From Octopus vulgaris (Eukaryota), in assembly GCA_951406725.2 (NCBI GenBank), contig OX597823.1:66650001-66714000 (forward strand): a DNA stretch of 64,000 nucleotides, read 5' to 3'. Shown here piece by piece: positions 53,206 to 64,000 of this stretch (within the stretch, counting starts at the first letter, position 1; each line of letters begins with the position of its first letter). Under the pieces are notes generated by a model that had not been told where the DNA came from, did not search any database, and worked only from the letters and a program-made list of their open reading frames with translations. Position numbers and translations under genes: made by a program.

Positions 53206-55061
53206 CAGTCAGACGATAAGTTAGCCGGCCGAAACTTCAGTGTCGATAATATTCCTTTAAGAATAGCAACAAGAGAAATCCATGTGAACTGATAAGGAGA
53301 TAATGATGCAAATACACAAATAAACATGCGTGAGCTTGGGTTTGGTATATAAAATATTCATACATATATACATGTAAGTATATAGAAGGATATATATAGA
53401 GAAAAACAAAAGCGGAAGATATTCAAAAGATGAATTTTCATGTATATGTACAAAGATATCTATATAGTTACAGAACAGTTTTATACGGATTAAAAAGATA
53501 AAGAAAGCTAAGTGGAGAAGATGGTCTGCTATTCCAAAGAATGTAATCCTTTCATGTAAACACAAAAGTTATTCATTGCATTCCTAGTATGCAAAGTGTA
53601 TATGATTCTCCTAATTTGCATACAACCTTAAATTACATCTTAGCCGTGCTAGCAATATATCATTCCTAAATATAATTCCCCTTCTATATATGTATCTCAC
53701 TCTATCCATTCTTTTCGCACATGCCTCCAACCTAGCACATCTACTTTCTCGCACCTACCCTCATACTTCAAATTCCTTTCCCACCTTCTCCTACTTTCAT
53801 CCTCAACTTGCCCTTGTTTTCGTTAGTGTATCCTAATTGTCTAATATGTTGCCATGTCTTAAGCATACTGCTTATTGCAATATCCCAGTAACAGGTAGCA
53901 ATATTTAATAACTTACTCAAGTAACCATATTCAGCTGTTTGAGAACAAGTTAGACAAAAGTTATAATTCTGCTTAGAGCAAACACAGAATGCCTGCAGCA
54001 GAATGAACTTAGATAAAGCCATCGAATGTGCAATGGAGGTATTCTTGAGAATGGCTGAATATATCAAATATAAAATGCTATCAGATCTGTTAACATAATA
54101 GAACAAGGACCTCAATTGCTGCTTTACAGCGTGGTATCCATTCCAGTCTGTGAGCTTTATCCTACAACTTTCTAAATTTAATGTTGTTTAAGTATAAAGG
54201 GTTAATTTGGATATAACCAATAGCTTAAATGCTTAGATATGTATGGACAATGTTTAGTAATGTGTGTGTATGTTTCGGTGCATTGCATTACAATTTTGAA
54301 TTTTCTATAGAAATTTCTGTAATCTGCATTGCTTCTCATTCAAACTAGCAATGAGATATTTTCTGAGAAAATATCTTTAAAATGATAGTTGAAATACGAA
54401 CGAAATGTCACGAAGCTTCATCCTCTTAGACAATAATTTTCATTTATGTTGCAATGTTATGTTCTTTTGTTTGGCTGGTTTTTTTTTGGTTTTTTGTTTC
54501 GTTTTGTTTTTGTTTTTTGTGATGGTGGTGGTGGGATATATTGCTTTCTCAAAATGAAGAGAAGCAAAAATTTAGCTGTTGCTATAATTCACATTGTAGA
54601 ACTGTAAAAGAGATTCCTAAATGGAACTTATAATTTGCAAATATGTACCTATATTATGTATATCTGTGACATTTATCTCATGTTATTGGGCCCTAAACGT
54701 ATAATAATATTTGTCGAGTAACTAATACAAGACAACAAAATAAAAGATGACAAATCACCAAAGGTTATTCCTGATAAAATAGACCCTAGATGCTAACCAA
54801 ACAATTGAATTAAATTCTCAGCGTGTCATAGTAGGAACATACTAGTTACCAGTACTTTAAATTTATAATAAAACAATAAAAAAGCAATCTTACAATTAAA
54901 AAAAATGTTATCTTCATATGTCCGGATGGAGTTTCCCCGAGAGTCTCTCTACGGCAAAATCATTCAGCTGCGTACATGAAGCAATCTAGTTAAGGTACAT
55001 ATATTCATACCAATATACATTCCATTCATACATACCATGCACATATATACGCATGCATAAA

Positions 55062-55185
<124 letters not shown>

Positions 55186-55316
55186 TGCATTGTTGTTTGA
55201 ATATCTGGGCACCATAAGAATTTATAAAATCTCGAGAGAACGTATGATTAGTTTGTTGGTTTCATTATGACCGGTATTGGTTCTCGAAGTATCAGCTTTA
55301 AACAATAGCATGCAAA

Positions 55317-55900
55317 AGGGTGTCCGGAAAAGTTCATAGGCTGACTAAGGGGTGATAATATAGCTTCGAAGTCTTGCATGCATTAATTTCAACTCTCCTT
55401 ATTAGCAGCTGCATTCTTTCTTTCCACGTAAACTGACAAAGAACTGTTAAAAGAAGAATTCAAATGAAGAGCTTTATTTAAAATAGACAATATTTGTCAT
55501 CGTAGTCTTATCATGTACCTGAAGCAAAAGGGTTTAGTCAGGAAGGATATTCTTTCTGGTATGGCTGCTACATTAGGAAATAATGATCGGGCTGTATCAA
55601 TAGTGCAGAAGTGGGCAGAGGAACTCAGGAGAGAAAGAGATAATCTTGAAGTTGACCTAATGCCTGGACGTCCTGCAACTGCTACAGTCGAGGATAATAT
55701 TGATCATGCTGATGGAAGACAAGGTGACTGATTAAAAAAAGGGAAAAAAATAAACAATTCAGTTAGCATCCCATAATAAAGCTGAGAAATATTCTGCACA
55801 ATGAACTTGGAATGATGAAGGTTTATACTTGGTGGAGGTACCACGTCTTCCGATACCTGATCAAAAGAGCACCAGGTTGATCACAACATGGGCAAATCTG
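55317..55900 (+). mobile_element. Mariner transposon 5' part, degraded
   Basis: TIR-like AGGGTGTCCGGAAAAGTT; YLKQKGL..DI...MAATLG...VQKWAEELRR..PGRPATA (mariner HTH), ILHNELGMMKV, VPRL..DQK. Confidence 0.75.
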
Positions 55901-56157
55901 ACATCATCCATGCAGATCGCACTGGTCAAAATGATGAAGGAGCAAGCAATTTGCTCCATCATTGCTTTGCCATGGATGCCCAGGACGTGTATCCCAATGG
56001 CACAGGGACATTGTTGTGATCAACTTTGCATTGAAATCATCTGTAGGTGATCAAACAACATACCAGTTACGCACTGGTTTTGATTTTTCCATTTATACTC
56101 AAGCACAATATATGTAGCTCTATACCAAAGTTACAAATTAATACTGCAGAGAATATA

Positions 56158-56400
<243 letters not shown>

Positions 56401-57202
56401 AGCCTTGGATGGAATTTATAAACATTTAATGCATTTAAAGGAATTATAAACATTTAATGCATCACATGATTCTTAAGATCATTACTATTAGGAGTCATAT
56501 CATTTGTGGAAACGGGCGTGGCGATGCATTAAATGTTCATAATTTCCATCCAAGGATTATTGTTATTATTATATTTATCCTTCACTATATCGGTACAACT
56601 AGATGAAACCCCGAAAACCTGGCTCACAAGTCAACATCATTAGACGGTGGCCGACACAATGGAATAGGAGCTTTATATATATATTGGCAGAGAAACGGTA
56701 TTATAATGACTGTATTATTATAATTGAAAGGGCCTTACACAAAACTGTATTGAGCTTAAAAGCTTAAAAGCTTAAAACCTTGATGTGTTTAGGTTGCAAA
56801 CAAATGGGAATATGGCAATATGTGCTGCACTAGATAAACTATATAAGTCGATGATCTTTGAAATGAATTATATAATTCACTGGTTAGGAAGTCACCCTAA
56901 ATATATTTAACGGTGTAAAGACAATTACTGCCGAAGAGTAGATAAATATAATGGTCTATTAGATTAAATGTTCTTAAGGCTAGTTGTAATTATAGTTTTA
57001 GCTATAATACTTCATATTTAATCAGTGGAAGAACCTTGTGCTCTTGGTCAACGCAAACGTCTCAATCCTGCCTAGGTGTAAAATGATTCTTTCAATGCAT
57101 CACAGTTTAGTGCTTCAAGCTGTGAATATAAGGTATAATTGGTTAGATTGCAATGCACAAATGAATTTCTTCGTAATATTAGCTTAGAAACGGAAATAGA
57201 GA

Positions 57203-57237
<35 letters not shown>

Positions 57238-57649
57238 GGATGGGGATCGAATGTGGTAGAGATAAATAGGAAATGACAAGTAGGAAAGAGTGAGAGACAG
57301 ACCGAGAGAGAAATGGAGAGTGGGAAAGACCGAGAGATAAAAGAGAGATGGACAGACAGGCAGACCAAGAGAGAACTTCAGAGAGACAGATAGAGAGACA
57401 GACAGGCAGAGAGAGAGATAGAGATAGAGAAAGCATTGCGTAATCAATGAATGTTTCGCGAGCTTCAAAAGTTTCGCTGAAATCCTTTCATGGCGTTGAT
57501 CAACGAGAGGAATGTCTTCCGCTAAATTCGCTTGCCCTAGATACGCTACTAGCGAGCAAATTCCTCAGTATTATGCCAACAACAGATGACTTTTAACAAA
57601 CAAGCAGCAAGAGATCAATGAAATTTTATACTGCTGCTGTTAATTTTAT

Positions 57650-57877
57650 ACTCCTCCTCCTCCTCCTCCTCCTCCTCCTACTACTACTACTACTACCACT
57701 ACTACCACCAATACCTGTTGCTACTGCTACTATTACAACTACCTCCACTACCTTTGCTGCTGCTGCTGCTAATAATAATAATAATAATAATACAACTACT
57801 GCTGCTAATACTTTTGTTGCTGCTTCTACTACTTATAGTACTACTACTTTTAATAATAATAATGATAATAATAATTT
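57650..57877. repeat. Compound (CTC)/(CTA)/(GCT)/(AAT) trinucleotide array
   Basis: Direct reading. Confidence 0.9.
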
Positions 57878-57879
57878 CC

Positions 57880-58045
57880 ACTAAAGGCAAAAGGCTTGAT
57901 ATTTGGCGTGAGAGAAGTAGTCAGTTACATCGACCCAAGTGTTTCACTGGTACTTAAATTATCGATCCCGAAAGGATGAAAGGCAAAGACCACCTCCGCT
58001 AAGCATTTCACCCGGCGTGCTAACGATTCTACCAGCTCGCGGCCT
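57880..58045 (-). mobile_element. SINE family B, internally deleted
   Basis: ATCGATCCCGAAAGGATGAAAGGCAAAG...GTGCTAACGATTCT.CCAGCTCGC. Confidence 0.8.
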
Positions 58046-58061
58046 TATGATAATAATAATG

Positions 58062-58780
58062 ATTTCATTTATTTGCCACAAGGGAGGAAGCATAATGGGA
58101 CAATACAAAAACAGACACAAAGTGTTGGGGTTTACATATTATGAAATGATAAATAAATAAAGAAAGAAAGTATACGTGGTGTACACTGAAAAAGAAGAGA
58201 CAAGTCTACACTTAGAGAGGCGCCATCCACTCTTTCCATTTTCGCAACTTTCGCCAACCATTCAGTAAACACACTCGAGGACAGCACTTCCCTCTCCATT
58301 CTCAATTTCATTTTCAAGTGAAACTTGGAGTCAATGAGAGCTCTACCAAAGAGGAATGTATCTGTTCACCAAACAACCTCTTTGGCCACAGTCAACGGGC
58401 AAAGGAAAATGCCTTATCTGACCGATTGAAGGAGGGCGGCGGTACGATCATCACTACAGATTCGGCCGAAAGATGGATCCGTCCCACACGCAACAGCTGC
58501 TGCTCGACACAACCCTACAAGTCAGCAATGCCCGGACACTGAACGAGGGCATGCAGAACGGTTTCGTCACTCTGTGCCAACCTCAGACAAGCACGTCTGA
58601 CAGCATGTGTCTGCCTATAGAGTTTATCTCGAACCAGTAGCGCCCCACGGTAGCACTGCCAGGTTAAGGAATCTGGAAATTATACACTGTAATTCCCGAC
58701 TGGAAAGGCCTCTGGAACAAACTAGCTAGTTCATTCTCGCCGGTGCCCAGAGTCTCCCCGTAACGTCGTCGCACTTTCCC
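58062..58780 (-). mobile_element. Tx1/L1-clade LINE, 5'-truncated 3' end
   Basis: Minus strand SLTWQCYRGALLVRDKLY...ACLR...DETVLHALVQCP (degenerate zf-RVT CCHC knuckle), then 3' UTR ending AAATAAATGAAATC; (ATA)n on both sides. Confidence 0.75.
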
Positions 58781-58795
58781 ATAATAATAATAATG

Positions 58796-59014
58796 GTTTC
58801 AAATTTTTCCACAAGGGCAGCCATTTTGGTGGACGGGACAAGTCTATTACATCGACACAAAAGCCAGTGTTTCTCTAGTACTTAATTCATCGACCCCGAA
58901 AGGATGAAAGGCAAAGTCGACCTCGGCGGAATTTGCACCCAGAACGTGAAGACAGACGAAGTACCGTTAAGCAATTCGTCCGGCGTGCTAACGATTCTGG
59001 CAGCTCGCCGCCTT
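58796..59014 (-). mobile_element. SINE family B, full length
   Basis: CATCGACCCCGAAAGGATGAAAGGCAAAGTCGACCTCGGCGGAATTTG...CAGCTCGCCGCC. Confidence 0.85.
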
Positions 59015-59042
59015 AATGTTGATGATGATGATGATGATGATG

Positions 59043-59113
<71 letters not shown>

Positions 59114-59114
<1 letters not shown>

Positions 59115-60793
59115 TAAATGTTACGGCAAAACGATCAACCACCTTTTATATATGGATGACCTAAAACTACACGCTACAAATGACAAACAGCTGGAAACAC
59201 TACCAAAGACAGTTCATGGATTTACCAACGAAATAGATTTGGATTGGAGAAATGCGCCAAAGTAACCATGAAAAGAGGAAAACTAGTTAAGAGTAGCAAC
59301 ATCACGCTAGATAAAACCAATGAAATAAAAGAATTAGACCAAAGCCAAACTTACAAATACTTAGGGATCCATGAACTAGATAAGACACAACACACACAAA
59401 TGAAAGAGAAAATAAAAAAAAGAATATTATAGACGAGTTAAATCAATACTGAAAACAGAGCTCAATACTAAAAACAAAATAATAGGTACCAACACTTTAG
59501 CCGTCCCAGTTATAAGTTACAGCTACAATATCCTTAACTGGACACGAAATGAACTGACCAAAATAGATAGGAAAACAAGAAAAATAATGTCAGGATCTAG
59601 GATGCATCGACCAAAATCTGACATAGAAAGGCTATATATACAACGTATAGAAGGTGGTAGAGGCCTTATACAGCTGGAAAGCTACTATAAAATAACCACC
59701 TGCAAAAATATCTACTTCAGAAGGAAGGAAAACTGATACAAATAGCGGCAAAACACGAGCAAAACAAAAAACTGTTCTCAGTATTTAAGGAAGCTGACAA
59801 ATACAAATAAGAAATCATACTGCCTAACAAATATGAAGAAAAAGAAGAAGAAGATGAAGAAACAACAAAAGCTATAAAACAAATGAAATCCAAACTAAAA
59901 ATAGAACAGCAACGAACCATTATAAAACGATGGCAAGAAAAGCCCCTTCATGGCAAATACTGGACTAAACTAAATGCAAAAGAAATATACAAAGAAAGCT
60001 CCCAGCAATTTTTGAGAAGCTCAGGACTTAAAGCAGAGACAGAAGGATTCTTAATTGCAGCACAAGACCAAAGCCTCCCCACCAGAAATTACCAAAAACA
60101 TGTAATGAAAAGAAATATAACAGGTAACTGCAGAATATGTGGAGATGGACAAGAAACAATAAATCATATTATCTCTGGCTGCCCAGTCCTGGCTAAGAAG
60201 GAATATATTCACAGACACGACAGAGTTTGGACCTATATACACTGGAAACTATGCCAACATTATGGAATAACAACTGAAAAAAGATGGTATAGGCACACAC
60301 CAGAAAAGGTCACAGAAAACGAGAAAGCAACCATACTCTGGGATATGCCAATACACACAGATAGAGAAATTAAGGCCAACAGACCAGATATAGTTGTCAG
60401 AGATCATGAAGAAAAAAATGCTTTCTAATTGATGTATCAATACCAGCAGATGACAACGTGTCTCTAAAAGAAATGGAGAAACTTTCAAAATACAAAGACC
60501 TGGAAATAGAGGTAACCAGAATGTGGAATCTAAAAACAGAAACAATTCCTATCATAATAGTTGCATTAAGCATGATAAAAAATATTCAGACAAATACATA
60601 ACAAAAACACCAGGACTTACAAACACACATAACATACAGAAAATTGCACTACTAGGCACTGCACACATCCTACGCAGAACACTTTCCATACAGTAACCAT
60701 CAGAGCATCACAACAAATCACAGCAGATACCCAAGGTACACAGAGCTGCGCTCGGTAGTGAAGTGAAAGCACGCTATAAAAAATATACTACTG
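59114..60793 (+). mobile_element. R4/Dong-like non-LTR retrotransposon, 5'-truncated (RT C-half, CCHC finger, restriction-like endonuclease, 3' UTR)
   Basis: INHLLYMDDLKL (RT active site), FGLEKCAK, YKYLGI, EGGRGLIQLE, WQEKPLHGKY, ETEGFLIAAQDQ, CRIC..ETINHIISGC, RHDRV, NRPDIVV..LIDVSIP..EKLSKYKDL (PD-D/E-xK REL); a few frameshifts and stops; (TAA)n on both flanks. Confidence 0.92.
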
Positions 60794-60800
60794 AATGATG

Positions 60801-60879
<79 letters not shown>

Positions 60880-60909
60880 TGATAATAATAACAACAACAA
60901 CAATAATAA
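60794..60909. repeat. (TAA)n array at the 3' flank of the Dong-like element; partner array at 59016-59113
   Basis: Direct reading. Confidence 0.95.
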
Positions 60910-61069
60910 CGAGTGAATGCGAATTGCATTTCGTTGTTTAGATAATTGCTTTCGGTTTTCATTCCAGCGACAATGATGAGAAATTTGAAATATGATAACT
61001 GAAATATGAAATTAAATTTCTTAAGCGATGAAATAGCTGGGCACCAAATATATATAATTTTTACACTTA

Positions 61070-61280
61070 CGTTGTGTTGGTGTTTGTCACCAACTACCGT
61101 TTTGCCATCTGTAATTGGATTGTTTATGTTCCCCTAACATATGGGTTCGGCATATTGATGGAATGAGTGAGTACCAGGCTTAAGAATAAATGCTGGTCGA
61201 AATTTGTTCGACTAAACCTTTCAAAGATGTGGCTCAACAAATTCGCAGAGCAAAATCTGAAGCAAGTAAAAAAATAAAAG
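61070..61280 (+). mobile_element. SINE family C 3' half, old
   Basis: GAGTACCAGGCTTAAGAATAA..GGTCGA..TTGTTCGACTAAA. Confidence 0.55.
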
Positions 61281-61599
61281 AAATACTATTAGCAAATGAA
61301 AACGCAATTTTTGTCGGGTGCAAGGGTAACTATGGAATGTTGCTTCTGACTCAAGAGATGTCATTGGAATATGGTATGTTCTTTCGTATCTGGCCTCATG
61401 TCGGCATTTTGATATACATAAAAATGTATTGAGGACATTCTTGGTGAAGGGTGATTTACATAATTAAAGCGAAGGCAAAAGCTAACAAAAATATCGGGGT
61501 TAATAACATGGATTTTTAATTTATAGCAATACACATATGTGACTGAGTATGTAAACAAAAGTTTGGAGGCAGGCGCTAAAATCATAGAATGGAAAGAGT

Positions 61600-61803
61600 A
61601 TCGAACACATGGATCCCTTCCCTTACCAGATGTCAGTCTCTCACAGAATTAATCCTTAAGTACCACCAGTATTCATTTTCAATTGGGCCTACAGCGTAAA
61701 ATAGAGAGCTTTGCGCAAGAACCAAACGCATCGCTTGGTGCAGCCATCGAAATAACGATCTAATGATGTGCGCCCAACACTAGCAACATGAGCCGGCGCC
61801 TTC
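61600..61803 (-). mobile_element. Old tRNA-derived SINE relic
   Basis: Minus strand GAAGGCGCCGGCTCATG..TTTCGAT..TTCTTGCGCAAAG resembles the family A head and central domain. Confidence 0.4.
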
Positions 61804-62249
61804 ACTAATTCCCATATATAGACACACTTATTGGCTCGACGGCTTGTCTGTTATTCTTGCCTGTCGTATTTCATTACAATTTCAAAGTTACTGGAGTAGA
61901 AATTCTTCGTCTCACGTACATCTGTAAATGAATTCAAGAAAGTAAAAATAAAAGTAAATTAAAAGGATATCAAAAATTCAAAAATAGGAAGAAAATGTTA
62001 GAAAACTGCAGGGCAAAGAAAATAGTTCATTTGCCAAGTACACGAACAGTAAATAATCTATTCTAGTCTCTATAATTGAGTGTTCTGATCACTCAAATGT
62101 ATACATGATTTACTTTTCTTCAAATTCCCATTCATTTGCTTTCTTTGCTTTTGTTTACTTTATTTTCTACACTTTCTATTTCACTTTCAAACGTCTTAAG
62201 TTACAGTGACTGATTGTAATACCAAAATAAATATGTTCGTGTATGGAAA

Positions 62250-63505
<1,256 letters not shown>

Positions 63506-64000
63506 AGGTAAATCATTATAGTGAGCACATAAAACTATGAGAATCGAATCACCGATGTACATATTCATTCTTAATGCGTTCCGGTAGATTTGTCGTTTAT
63601 ATGCTTATCGTTGTTGCATTTGATGTTCCTGGAATACTTCAATTCAGACGATGTGTATTGTCAACACGCTGCACTGATTAACCTCTAAGTATTTTGAGAC
63701 ACCTGTGTTTCGACATGATTTTCACTTCAGTCAAAACAATTCACGGATTAAATTAATACATGTCTATTTAGATTGTTTAGATCTGTTTCTTTAGCTGTAC
63801 ATGAACTGCTGTAAGTAATAAAATCATTAGCACTTTAAAAATTGTTGTTTCCCTTGATAAGGCTCCGGAACATTTTTCTGATAGTCTTTAACAGTCATAG
63901 AGTTACAGTGAAAATTCATTGTTATTTTGTATTCCATATTTTCCAAATTTAAGAATTCGGTCAGCTGCTTTGACTTCCACAGAGATGTTTCTTTCAGAAG

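Noticed and set aside
53961-54045. Possible small exon (TTCTGCTTAG...GAG|GTATTC; QTQNACSRMNLDKAIECAME) and the 115-aa minus-strand ORF at 53768-54115
   Set aside because: Weak donor site, no recognisable domain and no partner exons; cannot be supported without RNA data
54354-54376. Short perfect hairpins (54354-54376, 45031-45049, 47213-47235)
   Set aside because: 9-11 bp AT-rich arms without supporting context; a few are expected in 64 kb of AT-rich DNA

Overview
AT-rich eukaryotic DNA dense in microsatellites and transposon relics. I find no credible host protein-coding gene, RNA gene, operon or CRISPR array, so this looks like intronic or intergenic sequence. The SINE families and the (TA)n/(TACA)n/(GATA)n load suggest an octopus (coleoid cephalopod) genome; this is inference from recalled repeat families, not a search. 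Most ORFs in the supplied track are translations of simple repeats. Recognisable elements: three families of tRNA-derived SINEs in many copies; non-LTR retrotransposon remnants (a 1.7 kb R4/Dong-like RT-plus-REL-endonuclease element sitting in (TAA)n, Tx1/L1, RTE and CR1-like pieces); Tigger/pogo, mariner and Tc1-like transposase relics; a MITE with perfect TIRs; and three complete non-autonomous Helitrons. The most interesting signals are a thrice-repeated Penelope-type minimal hammerhead-ribozyme-like motif with a non-canonical core (CUGUNGA), a (TAA)n insertion hot spot, and several microhomology or template-switch rearrangements readable base by base. Boundaries of degraded elements are approximate.
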